Under the pieces are notes generated by a model. The model was given only the letters and a program-made list of their open reading frames with translations, was not told the DNA's origin and ran no database searches. Shown in pieces: positions 27,040 through 36,541 of a stretch of 64,000 nt of DNA. Source of the stretch: an uncultured Acidobacteriaceae bacterium (GTDB lineage: Bacteria; Acidobacteriota; Terriglobia; Terriglobales; Acidobacteriaceae); the NCBI GenBank assembly GCA_964530145.1, contig CAZGXY010000080.1:70822-134821 (forward strand), written 5' to 3'. The position numbers and the translations under genes are program-made. The stretch's first letter is position 1, and every line of letters starts with the position of its first letter.

Positions 27040-28734
27040 CTAGAACGTGATCGCCAGACCACCACGCACAGAGCGTGCTGCCTGCACGAGATAAACCGTC
27101 TGGCCGTCCTGGCCCATGACCGGGACGTAGCCCTGCGCGAGCAGGTTCCGCACATCGATAATCCCTTCCATGTGCGAAGGCAGGAAGCCCAGAGTTGGAA
27201 TCGGCTGGCGAATCAGGAGATTGACAAATGCGCCGCTTTGCCCCGGTGAGGCGTTAAACATGTCGACGGGAGTTAAGGCCCGGCCGTTGACCCAGCGATA
27301 GGAGGCCATCCAACGAGTGTGTGTGCGCGAGACGGTTCCGCTTAACTTGGCTGCCACCGCTTGACGGCGCTCGGTGCTGATCCACTGCTGCGCGCTTTGC
27401 AATTCGACATCGGGCTTGGTGAGATCGAGCACGCCGCCAGAAGCGTAATCGAGCGTAGCGGAAAGGTCGGAACAGAGCTTACGCTCGAGTACTACGCGCA
27501 CACCGGTGGTATCCAGAGTATCGCCGGTATAGGTGAAGGTGCCCGAGTAAACATCCGGCAGCAGGAAACCACCCGCCGCCGTCACTGCGCCCGCGCCAAT
27601 CAGCGCGGTGTTATCCACGTGATCGTTGAATACCGCGGCCTGCATGCTGGTTTTGCCGCTGCGATGCGAAAGATTCAATTCGTGATGATGACCGCTTTCG
27701 AGCTTCGTGGCGAAGTCCTGGACACTGACGCGGGGGTCGGCTTCGCTGAACTCCGATGCCGCCGAATCAGAATCGCTCTCGTCGCGCTCTACGGGCAGGG
27801 ATGTTGTGTACTCGTATTCTAAAACGGTGTCCGGCGAAGCGTGGTACCTAGCGGAGGCGTAAGGACGAAACGCGCTCACCCGCCCGAGAAATTGGATCGT
27901 CTGCATCTCACTGCCAAACTTCAGTTCGAAGACATCGCCGACCGTCATCGAGTCGGATGCGTTCAGCGCGACAGCCTGTAATGCGGCATTATGCAGGTTG
28001 GGGTCCGAAGGCGCGAAGCGGCGTACGCTCAGCGACATTGTCGGTCCAGAACCGTCGGGCAACTGGTGCGAATAGAGTGCGCGAAGCGCCGCGCCAGGCG
28101 TCCCATTTCCGTATCCTACATTGCCCGCCAATCCGATGTGGTAGGTAGAGAAGACCGAACCCTCCACGGAGAAGCCGGTATTCATATCCGAGCCGCTGCC
28201 GTAACCCTCCGCCGCCGAACCAGCCAGCAAAGAAACACTGGCCTTCAGATCGTGGTTTTGCCGTTCCACGCCAACCACGGAAGGATCATCGAACACTCGC
28301 AGCACCGGTCGATTCGCCACCGAGCGCAACGTCCATTTCCAATCATCGTCGTCTCCCGCTCCGCGCAGAGGGCCAACACGTACTGCGTCGAGCAATGTGT
28401 TCAGCGTGACGTTAACATGCAGGCTGCTGCCGGGGCGCAGGCCAAGCTCTTCGCGAAGAGCGGGAAGAAACGAAGGAGCGGAAACCTTAACGGTGTATAA
28501 GCCCGGAAGGAGCCCGGTCGCGGAATAAAAACCGGCGCCATCGGTAAAGACAGTCAGATTCCGCGCTGCCATGCCGGCGATCTGCACCACCGCGCCCATC
28601 TGGGGCACGCCGGCTGCATCGCGGACGTATCCAGAGATTGCGGCCGGCTTATCTTCGGCACGCGCCGGAAACGATAAGGCCGGAATTGCCAATGCGACGA
28701 TCAGCAGCGAATATCCGAGCTGGCGAACCTTCAA
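27040..28734 (-). CDS. outer-membrane protein with CarboxypepD_reg domain and beta-barrel-like C-terminal region
   Basis: ISGYVRDAAGVPQMGAVVQIAG...TDGAGFYSATGLLPGLYTVKVSAPSF matches the carboxypeptidase-regulatory-like fold; C-terminal GGLAITF. Start set at TTG 28734 (GGGGG upstream), giving signal peptide MKVRQLGYSLLIVALAIPALSFPARA. The maximal ORF to 28788 would overlap the GWxTD stop by 8 nt. Confidence 0.72.
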   Translation of the reverse strand: MKVRQLGYSLLIVALAIPALSFPARAEDKPAAISGYVRDAAGVPQMGAVVQIAGMAARNLTVFTDGAGFYSATGLLPGLYTVKVSAPSFLPALREELGLRPGSSLHVNVTLNTLLDAVRVGPLRGAGDDDDWKWTLRSVANRPVLRVFDDPSVVGVERQNHDLKASVSLLAGSAAEGYGSGSDMNTGFSVEGSVFSTYHIGLAGNVGYGNGTPGAALRALYSHQLPDGSGPTMSLSVRRFAPSDPNLHNAALQAVALNASDSMTVGDVFELKFGSEMQTIQFLGRVSAFRPYASARYHASPDTVLEYEYTTSLPVERDESDSDSAASEFSEADPRVSVQDFATKLESGHHHELNLSHRSGKTSMQAAVFNDHVDNTALIGAGAVTAAGGFLLPDVYSGTFTYTGDTLDTTGVRVVLERKLCSDLSATLDYASGGVLDLTKPDVELQSAQQWISTERRQAVAAKLSGTVSRTHTRWMASYRWVNGRALTPVDMFNASPGQSGAFVNLLIRQPIPTLGFLPSHMEGIIDVRNLLAQGYVPVMGQDGQTVYLVQAARSVRGGLAITF

Positions 28735-28780
28735 TCCAACCCCCGGGGAATCAAGCAGTCCGTTATTCAACAGCCAACAC

Positions 28781-30598
28781 CTATTCAACAGCGAACGTCG
28801 CCGACGGATCAGCGGTCTGCTTGGAGATGTTGTCGTTCACTTTAATTTCGATCTTGTACACGCCCGGCTGCAGATTGGCGGACGCAATCGATTTCTGCAG
28901 CGTTACCTGCTCGCCCACATTACCCATCGAGTCGGTGGATTCCATCCTCTGAACCACAGGCTTGTTGGTGGCGATGTTAACGATGTCGAACTCGAAGGTG
29001 GCGGAAGGCTTATGGGTCTTCTCATCCACGCCCAGATTATAGACCTGCATCCAGAAATTTACCTTCTGGTCCTTGGTTCGTTTAAAGAGAGCTGGCTTGC
29101 CATCGGCAGGAGCGACGCGGGGCCGTACTTTATTGAGCCCGATCACGAAGTTGCCCCGGCTCACGTCTTTGGTGGGCACCGGTTCCATCAGATCGGCGAC
29201 AATCAGCGAAGAGGTCGATAGCTTGTCGTCGGAATACTCCGGAACCACAATCCCCCGGCTCCACAGTCCCTTGCGGTCGCCATTGACGTCTTTCACCGCC
29301 ACTTCAACTTTGTAGCGACCGGGTCGCAGCGGCAATGCCTTCCAATACACCGAAGAGTTCTCCGCCGTTTTCGGCAGCAATTCGGCCGGCACGTCAACCT
29401 GCGCCGTGTCCTCGAAAGTCTGCACGACCTTGCCGGTCAAACTGGTAACGCGCCCGAAGATATTGACCGTCCCGCGCTGCACTCCTTCTTTATTCGCAAA
29501 CGTAATATCGCGGTACTTCATCTGGATCGTGATCGGCACCAGCACGGTATCGCCCGTGACCTTTACGAAATCGGTGCGCACATCGAACGGCATCAGATTG
29601 GTAACAATCTTGCTGTTGACGATCTCTTCCAGATCCTTGAACTTCACTGGTGGAGGCGCCTGCAGCTTGGCATATTGCTCGAGGCGGTCAAATTCCTTGC
29701 TCGCTTGACTTGAACTGTCGGGTCCGCCGCCCAACTGCTCCAGGCCGCCACCGGAGAAGCGCTGCGCCTTGGTCGACAGCCCCATTTGCTCATAGAGCGT
29801 CAGGCCCGCGTTGGGCGTGTACTTGAGCGCGTCTTTCTCCGAGCGATCAAGCGTCATGTGGTAGTCGCCGCACATGCAGGTATCGACGAATTCGATGATG
29901 ACTTCCTGCCCGATGCCTTCCAGATAGCGGTAGCGCCAATCTTCGAAGGGGAAGGTTGAGGTCTCGCCGCCACCCTCTTCCATCGGCCGCTCATAGGTGC
30001 CGCCAGAAGGATGCGAATCGATCTCATCCGCCGGACCATACATGATGTAAATACGGCCGCGGTCGCTTTTCCATCCCGGAATGCCGGCGGCAAAATGCTC
30101 GTTGGCGTAAGCGATGCGCCGGTAGTGCTCTTCTTTGTATTCGTTCTCTTCGGTATCGGGAGTGGGGTCGCGGCGCTGCCAGAAGGCTTCAATGAAGTTG
30201 TCGCGCTCTTCATCGTTCGAAAGCTGTTTGAACGCGGCCCGTTCTTCGTCGGTGATGATCCAGACTACGTCTTCGTTCAGCCACTTCTTGTAAACCTTGC
30301 TTAACTCGACATTCAGGTTGCGCTTCTGCTGTTTCTTCTGCTTCTCGTTCGGAGGGCGGTTGAGCGGATCGCCCTGATCGAGTGCCGGAGCTGGAGTGGA
30401 AGTTTGAGCGGCGGGAGTCTGGGATTGTGCCGCAGGACCGGAGTTCGCCGTAGCAGCACTGGATTGGGGACCGTTCGCAGGCGCAGCCTTATCGCTCTGG
30501 GCGTAAGCCACGCCCGTCAGAGCAACCGCGTTTATAAGAAAAATCGAAAAAAGATAGCCTGAACCGACCCGGGACATGCGAGGGACTCCTGCAACCAT
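28781..30598 (-). CDS. GWxTD-domain protein, secreted
   Basis: 605 aa. IPGWKSDRGRIYIMYGPADEIDSHP is the GWxTD signature as I recall it. It has a signal peptide, a Q/A/P/T-rich low-complexity linker, and a C-terminal Ig-like beta-rich region. Confidence 0.82.
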   Translation of the reverse strand: MVAGVPRMSRVGSGYLFSIFLINAVALTGVAYAQSDKAAPANGPQSSAATANSGPAAQSQTPAAQTSTPAPALDQGDPLNRPPNEKQKKQQKRNLNVELSKVYKKWLNEDVVWIITDEERAAFKQLSNDEERDNFIEAFWQRRDPTPDTEENEYKEEHYRRIAYANEHFAAGIPGWKSDRGRIYIMYGPADEIDSHPSGGTYERPMEEGGGETSTFPFEDWRYRYLEGIGQEVIIEFVDTCMCGDYHMTLDRSEKDALKYTPNAGLTLYEQMGLSTKAQRFSGGGLEQLGGGPDSSSQASKEFDRLEQYAKLQAPPPVKFKDLEEIVNSKIVTNLMPFDVRTDFVKVTGDTVLVPITIQMKYRDITFANKEGVQRGTVNIFGRVTSLTGKVVQTFEDTAQVDVPAELLPKTAENSSVYWKALPLRPGRYKVEVAVKDVNGDRKGLWSRGIVVPEYSDDKLSTSSLIVADLMEPVPTKDVSRGNFVIGLNKVRPRVAPADGKPALFKRTKDQKVNFWMQVYNLGVDEKTHKPSATFEFDIVNIATNKPVVQRMESTDSMGNVGEQVTLQKSIASANLQPGVYKIEIKVNDNISKQTADPSATFAVE

Positions 30599-31152
30599 TC
30601 TGCTTAGTTCAGCTATTTTAGGCCCTCAACAGGGTGAAAGCAAGATAAGTCTCATCGAACGAAGAGATTGAGGGCTACTACGCTCCGTTCCGTTGGACGC
30701 GGCGGCGTATTCCCCGCGTTGCCCGGCGGCTTCGCTATATTTTGGCGCTCCCGCCAGGTTTTGATGCTAATCTTCTTTCCCGTCTTTCCCGTACGTCCCC
30801 CTCTGAGGTTTCCATGCCACCACCTAGATAGAATGATCGCCGCCATCGTGGCCTTGGTGGGGGCAGCGTCGGGCTCACGCGCGTCCGAGTCTGCCGTCGT
30901 AAGGTCGCCACCGTCGCCACTTCCCCGCAAACAATTCCTGGTTGCTATAATTGCGGGTTCGGGGCGGTTACTCCTCGGTATTCTCAAAGGTCCTAAAATT
31001 ACCTTCCGTTTTGGAACTATCCTGCCCGCAGGATCGTATCCAGAGATGTGCTCGTCACTCTGAGGAACGGCGGATAAATTGGGGAGCTCAAGGAGCTAGA
31101 TCTCCGCTTGTCCGGACCGCTGAGAAAGCCCCGCCCAGAGGGTGACGAAACG

Positions 31153-32538
31153 ATGAAACTTTGGAAAAAAATTGCGATCGGCGCCGGAGTAGTAGTGGTG
31201 CTGGCACTGATCGTCGGCATCACGGTTCACCAAAGCCATAAGAACGTAATCACAGTCCAGACGGCCAAAGTCGAGCGGAAAGATCTGACTGCGGTGGTCA
31301 GCGGCTCCGGTGAGATCAGGCCGAAGACCTATGTGAACATCGGCGCCAACGCCATGGGCAAGATAACGCATCTGCTGGTCAAAGAGGGAGATCACGTAAG
31401 GCAAGGTCAATTGCTTGCCCAATTAGAGAACGTACAGTCTTCGGCCGATGTGAGCGCCAACCAGGCTTCGCTTCAAGCGGCCGAAACCGACGCCCTCGCG
31501 GCGGACGCCGCGTCGAAGACCGCGCAAGCCGATCTCTTGCGCGCGCAGGCTGACTACGACCGCAACAAGCTCGATTGGGACCGCGCTCAGAGTCTTTTCA
31601 AAGATGGCCTGATCTCGAAATCGGATTTCGACAGCCGCAGGAATGCGTGGGCCGCCGCCGATGCGGGACTGGCGCAGGCGCAGGCCCGCGTGAATCAAGC
31701 GAAGGCACAGAAAGATTCCGCCGACAAGCATATCGCCCAGAACCGCGCGACGCTCACGCGCTTTGCCGACGTGTTGCAGAAGGCCACGTATACTGCGCCC
31801 TATGACGGCATCATCACCAATCTCCCGGTGCGCGAGGGCGAAACCGTGGTGATGGGCATTCAGAATGCTCCCGGCAGCACGCTCATGACTCTGGCCGACA
31901 TGTCCGTGATTACAGCAGAAGTGAAAGTCGATGAAACTGACATCGTGAACGTGCATCTCGGCCAAGCTGCCGAGGTAACCATCGACGCGATTCCCAAGAA
32001 GATCTTCCACGGCAAGGTTACAGAGATTGGAGACAACGCCATCGTGCGTTCTACTGGCGTTGCTACATCCCAGCAGGCAAGCACAACGGAAGAAGCCAAA
32101 GACTTCAAAGTTGTCGTAACGATGATCGATCCTCCGCCAGATCTGCGCCCGGGCCTTTCGACGACGGCCAAGATCACAACCGCGGCTCGCAGCCACGCCA
32201 TCTCGATTCCGATCCAGGCCATTTCGGTGCGAAGCAAGGCTCAACTGGAGGCCGAAAAAACGACTCCCGGCTCGGTTCATGCGGCTGCACCGCAGAGTGA
32301 CACGGCACCGAAAAGCAAGGATCAGGAAGTGCAAGGTGTATTTGTCATTCGCAACAAGAAGGCGGAATTCGTTCCCGTAACCACCGGCATCGCCGGAACC
32401 AGCGATATCGAAGTGACCGATGGTTTGAAGGAAGGCGACGAAATCATCACCGGCAGTTACAAGACATTGCGCACTATTCGTTCTGGCACAGGCGTGAAAA
32501 TCGACAACTCGGCGCCAAAGAAGGACGACGAAACATAA
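31153..32538 (+). CDS. efflux-pump periplasmic adaptor (HlyD/MacA family)
   Basis: Start at ATG 31153 with N-terminal TM KIAIGAGVVVVLALIVGI. Coiled-coil hairpin (LQAAETDALAADAASKTAQADLLRAQADYDRNKLDWDRAQSLF) and lipoyl/beta-barrel motif TAPYDGIITNLPVREGE. Confidence 0.9.
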   Translation: MKLWKKIAIGAGVVVVLALIVGITVHQSHKNVITVQTAKVERKDLTAVVSGSGEIRPKTYVNIGANAMGKITHLLVKEGDHVRQGQLLAQLENVQSSADVSANQASLQAAETDALAADAASKTAQADLLRAQADYDRNKLDWDRAQSLFKDGLISKSDFDSRRNAWAAADAGLAQAQARVNQAKAQKDSADKHIAQNRATLTRFADVLQKATYTAPYDGIITNLPVREGETVVMGIQNAPGSTLMTLADMSVITAEVKVDETDIVNVHLGQAAEVTIDAIPKKIFHGKVTEIGDNAIVRSTGVATSQQASTTEEAKDFKVVVTMIDPPPDLRPGLSTTAKITTAARSHAISIPIQAISVRSKAQLEAEKTTPGSVHAAAPQSDTAPKSKDQEVQGVFVIRNKKAEFVPVTTGIAGTSDIEVTDGLKEGDEIITGSYKTLRTIRSGTGVKIDNSAPKKDDET

Positions 32539-32691
32539 CCTTCCAAGCCTTGATCCGTCCAACGGACGAGCCAAGACTGGGGTCATAGCACATTGATTTT
32601 TAGAAGTCGGGAGTAAGCGTAAACGGGGAAATCGGACCCCAGGTCGAATCTAGTTTCGGAGAGCCCAGTGGCAGCGGAGCAGGAGAAAAAA

Positions 32692-33438
32692 ATGGCAACC
32701 GCAGAAGTCATCAGCATGCCGAGCAATTTAGCCGCAGTACCGCCGCCGCAATCCTGCATGATTGCAGCCGAGGATCTGTGGAAGACATACGACATGGGAT
32801 CCGAGCAGCAGGTGCACGCCCTGCGCGGAGTTAATATCCGGATCGAGCGCGGCGAGTATGTCGCCATCATGGGCCCCTCCGGGTCGGGAAAATCGACGCT
32901 GATGAACCTGATCGGCTGCCTCGATACCCCTACCAAAGGCGAATACTGGCTTAACAGCCAACTGGTCAGCGAACTTGACGACGATGAACTGGCACGTATT
33001 CGTAACAAGGAAATCGGCTTCGTGTTCCAGACCTTCAATTTGCTCGCCCGCGCCACCGCTCTGCACAACGTTGAACTGCCGTTGATCTACGCCGGTGTGC
33101 CGACCGACGAACGCATCGAACGCGCCAAAGCCTCGCTAACTGCCGTCGGCATGGAATCACGCATGACGCACAAGCCGAATGAGCTTTCCGGCGGGCAGCG
33201 CCAGCGCGTCGCGGTTGCCCGCGCCCTGGTGAATCGGCCTTCCATCATCCTCGCCGATGAACCGACTGGAAATCTCGACTCTCAGACGGGCAACGAAATC
33301 ATGGCCTTATTCGACCGCCTGCACCGCGAGGGAAATACCATCGTGCTGGTAACCCACGAGCACGACATCGCCGAATATGCTCACCGTGTGATCTTCATTA
33401 AGGACGGAGTCGTCGAGCGCGATGAGCGCAAGAAGTAA
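32692..33438 (+). CDS. ABC transporter ATP-binding protein (MacB/LolD-type ATPase)
   Basis: Walker [10 protein letters not shown], signature [15 protein letters not shown], Walker [14 protein letters not shown]-loop LVTHE. ATG 32692 is preceded by AGGAGA. Confidence 0.93.
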   Translation: MATAEVISMPSNLAAVPPPQSCMIAAEDLWKTYDMGSEQQVHALRGVNIRIERGEYVAIMGPSGSGKSTLMNLIGCLDTPTKGEYWLNSQLVSELDDDELARIRNKEIGFVFQTFNLLARATALHNVELPLIYAGVPTDERIERAKASLTAVGMESRMTHKPNELSGGQRQRVAVARALVNRPSIILADEPTGNLDSQTGNEIMALFDRLHREGNTIVLVTHEHDIAEYAHRVIFIKDGVVERDERKK

Positions 33439-33508
33439 AATCTTCCGCAGCGTTCAGATCGCAAATCTGGGTGAGCGCGGAAGTCGCGCGAAGAACGGCA
33501 GAAACAAA

Positions 33509-33531
33509 AGCCTCTCGGTTGTCGAGAGGCT
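33509..33531. terminator. bidirectional terminator hairpin between convergent genes
   Basis: AGCCTCTCG-GTTGT-CGAGAGGCT (9-bp stem) is flanked by A-rich sequence upstream (GAAACAAA) and T-rich sequence downstream (CTTCAATTCGAATTTT). It lies between the ABC ATPase (+) and the PBP (-). Confidence 0.6.
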
Positions 33532-33565
33532 CTTCAATTCGAATTTTCTCAAAAGATAAAAGCGG

Positions 33566-34819
33566 CTATGGCCGCGAAGCAACGCTATCCACAGGCCCCG
33601 GTCCATCCGCGATAAAGAACTTGTGGTCGTAAAGATTCCGGTACATCACGCCGGCAATTTCCGCCGCTTTGGGACCGAATGTGGGACGCCCGCCCTCGAG
33701 GAAGATGACGACAACGATGCGGCCGCGGCTGGTATTGGCGTAAGAGGCGAACCATCCGAAACGTGTTCCGGCGTGCGAGCAGGTGCCGGTCTTGCCGAGG
33801 ATCTCTTCTTCATTGAAGTTAAGTCCCAGGCGTCGTGCGGTGCCGTATTGCACCGCTCCCGCCATGCCCAGGGAAATTTCCGGAATCAGCGGAGCGATAT
33901 CGAGCTGCCGCTTGATGCGCGGCTGAAAATCGGCTATTTCCTGTGCTGTGTTCGGGTGTTGCAAATAGTAGAGTGTGCCACCGTTGGCAATCGCTGAAAC
34001 CATGGCGCCGAGCTGTAACGGCGTCATGGAAATGCCTTCGCCGAAGGAGCACATCTTTCCAACGCCGCCCAGCTTCTCCGGAATCACTTCCTCCGGATAC
34101 GTTCCCAGTTGTTCACCCGGAATGTCATAACCGGCGAGTTCACCGAGTCCGAATTGGTGGGCATAGTAGGCAACTTTCTCAAATCCCAGCTTGCGCCCCA
34201 CCGCCTCAAAATACGCGTTATTCGAATGCGCCAGGGCTTCGGTGAGATTCATGCGGCTGCGGCCGCCGAGCGAGACTTCAGTCTCTCGCGAAATCAATCC
34301 TTCGCTCAAAGCGGAAAGAGCGACCGAAAGCTTGATTGTCGAACACGGCTGCGCGCCGCTCGATAGCGCCAGTCTCTGATTGACCATCGCCAAAATGCGG
34401 CCGCTGGTCGGCTCGATCGCCACCACCGTACCGTTCATATTTCCCAGGGCATCAACCGCGGCCTGGCGGACAACCGGATCTTCGCCATCGGTGATGTCGC
34501 CGGCGGAAATCCCCTCGGCGAACGAACTCATGAAAAAGCGCTCGTGATAGGTGTGCCGGCGCGTTGTGGCTGAGGCTCGCGTCAGCGTGCTGCGATGTAC
34601 CGCGCTATGGGCGACTGTCGGGGGCGCCACTGTGGTGCGCGCGTGCGCCAGATGCCGCATGCGGCGCCGGGTGTGCTGGGTCTCGCTCAGTTTTGTCGAC
34701 TTCGATTTCCTGTTATTGAGCGTCTGGGTATTGATGTGTGCCGCCCAAACCGCAGGGGCGAAGCAAAGAGTCACCATTACGACCACAAGGCGAAGCGTGC
34801 GCATTTCCCGGTTAGACAT
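33566..34819 (-). CDS. penicillin-binding protein, transpeptidase domain only
   Basis: 417 aa with active-site motifs STIK (SxxK), SNN (SxN) and KTGT (KTG). It has a signal/anchor MRTLRLVVVMVTLCFAPAVWA and a basic H/R/T-rich linker, but no obvious PBP dimerisation domain. Confidence 0.85.
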   Translation of the reverse strand: MSNREMRTLRLVVVMVTLCFAPAVWAAHINTQTLNNRKSKSTKLSETQHTRRRMRHLAHARTTVAPPTVAHSAVHRSTLTRASATTRRHTYHERFFMSSFAEGISAGDITDGEDPVVRQAAVDALGNMNGTVVAIEPTSGRILAMVNQRLALSSGAQPCSTIKLSVALSALSEGLISRETEVSLGGRSRMNLTEALAHSNNAYFEAVGRKLGFEKVAYYAHQFGLGELAGYDIPGEQLGTYPEEVIPEKLGGVGKMCSFGEGISMTPLQLGAMVSAIANGGTLYYLQHPNTAQEIADFQPRIKRQLDIAPLIPEISLGMAGAVQYGTARRLGLNFNEEEILGKTGTCSHAGTRFGWFASYANTSRGRIVVVIFLEGGRPTFGPKAAEIAGVMYRNLYDHKFFIADGPGPVDSVASRP

Positions 34820-35182
34820 CTTTAACCCGTTCCCCTGATTCCCTGATTGTGCTTGCGTGCGTCAGAGATAGTGCACGAAGGCTGCCAGCCGCCGACCCAG
34901 CCGGTAACTTGGCCAACTTCGCGATAGTACGAGACTTAGCTCTCACTCGCAAGAATAAAGTTTTACTGATCCAAAAGTTGAATTATCATCTAACCTATTA
35001 TGGAACAGACGTTTAGCTCAAAATTACTTGAGTTCCGCAGCCTCGGTAACCAATGTTACCCCGTTACTGAAAAGGTGCTAACTGACCGCAAAGCTTTTCA
35101 CTTCGGCAAGCGTCTTGTGAAGGTGATTGCGTCTTCACCCAGTTCGGCGCATTAGCCCTCATCTTGTGTTTCCAATCTATTC

Positions 35183-36463
35183 TCACATGACTTCGTTCCG
35201 CTTGCGCAGAAATGCCGGAACGTCCAGATCGGCCTGCTCAAAATTCGCCACCATCGCGGTGCGCATGGTATCGAGGGAGATCGCCTCCGCTGCCGATTGA
35301 TGGATTACAACCGGAACCGATTCGGGCACTGTCGGTTCTTCGATTCGTTCTGTCATCGCTTGCTCGAATGACGGCACCGGAACCGGTCCGAGAGGCTCGG
35401 GAAAATCCATCGCGTCTTCATGCGAGGCAGCGAACGAACTGCGCATTTCTGTATGCATCTGCCGCGCACGGCTAAGTTCTCCGAAGCCGGTTGCGATCAC
35501 CGTGATCTTCACCGCATCTTTCATCTTCTCATCCATCACCGCGCCGAAAATGATGTTGGCATCTTCGTGAGCTGCACTCTGGATGATGGTGCAGGCCTGC
35601 TGCACTTCGGCGAGCTTCAGAGAAGCCGAGCCGGTGATGTTGATCAGAATGCCGCGCGCGCCATCGATCGCTCCCGCCTCAAGCAGGGGTGAGGAAATGG
35701 CCCGTTGCGCCGCCTCTGCCGTGCGATTTTGCCCGCTAGCCGTCGCCGTGCCCATGACGGCATATCCCATGCGCGCCATGATCGTCTTCACGTCGGCGAA
35801 GTCGCGGTTGATGATGCCTGGAATCGTAATGATGTCGGAAATTCCCTGCACGCCCTGCCGCAAGATATCATCCGCGATGCGGAACGATTCGAAGAATCCC
35901 GCATTCTCGGCAACCGCAAGCAGCTTTTCGTTGGGAATCACAATGGTCGTGTCGACCGATTCCATCAGGTCGGCGATTCCTTTCTCTGCCTGCTTCATGC
36001 GCCGCTTGCCTTCAAAAGAAAACGGCTTGGTCACGACGGCAACTGTGAGCGCGCCCATCTCGCTCGCCAGCGATGCGATGATCGGAGCCGCGCCCGTGCC
36101 TGTGCCGCCGCCAAGGCCGGTGGTCACGAATACCATATCGGCGCCTTCCAGCGCCTCGATGATCTTGTCGGAATCCTCCAGCGCCGCCTTCCGCCCGACT
36201 TCCGGATTCGCGCCCGCACCCAGCCCATTCGTGAGCTTCACGCCGAGTTGCAGCTTCACCGGCGCGCGCGACAAGCGCAGCGCCTGCAAGTCCGTGTTGG
36301 CCACGATAAACTCGATGCCCTCCACTCCGGCATCGATCATGCGGTTGACAGCGTTTCCTCCGCCGCCGCCCACGCCGATAACTTTGATCTTGGCGTCGTT
36401 GAGGGGTTCTTCATTGAAGCTGATGCGAATCTTCGAATCGGTTTTCGCTGAATCGTTTTTCAT
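35183..36463 (-). CDS. ftsZ: cell division GTPase FtsZ
   Basis: Tubulin signature [13 protein letters not shown] and [18 protein letters not shown] 36463 chosen; TTG 36505 is the maximal start. Confidence 0.98.
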   Translation of the reverse strand: MKNDSAKTDSKIRISFNEEPLNDAKIKVIGVGGGGGNAVNRMIDAGVEGIEFIVANTDLQALRLSRAPVKLQLGVKLTNGLGAGANPEVGRKAALEDSDKIIEALEGADMVFVTTGLGGGTGTGAAPIIASLASEMGALTVAVVTKPFSFEGKRRMKQAEKGIADLMESVDTTIVIPNEKLLAVAENAGFFESFRIADDILRQGVQGISDIITIPGIINRDFADVKTIMARMGYAVMGTATASGQNRTAEAAQRAISSPLLEAGAIDGARGILINITGSASLKLAEVQQACTIIQSAAHEDANIIFGAVMDEKMKDAVKITVIATGFGELSRARQMHTEMRSSFAASHEDAMDFPEPLGPVPVPSFEQAMTERIEEPTVPESVPVVIHQSAAEAISLDTMRTAMVANFEQADLDVPAFLRKRNEVM

Positions 36464-36541
36464 TTTGTCCACCGTATTTGGATTCTCTTTCCTCGCGCAG
36501 AGCAATCAGCGGCCACTGATCGCCTCGTTATCCAATCTTCG

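Noticed and set aside
30652-31063. 111-aa (-) and 131-aa (+) ORFs in the 554-bp spacer
   Set aside because: They overlap each other in antisense, are R/P/G-rich and have no SD or signal features. The region is kept only as an unexplained non-coding interval.
31423-32586. 387-aa ORF antisense to the HlyD/MacA adaptor gene
   Set aside because: It has no motifs and an R/G/L-rich composition. The plus-strand gene has clear adaptor features, a start context and a coupled ATPase downstream.
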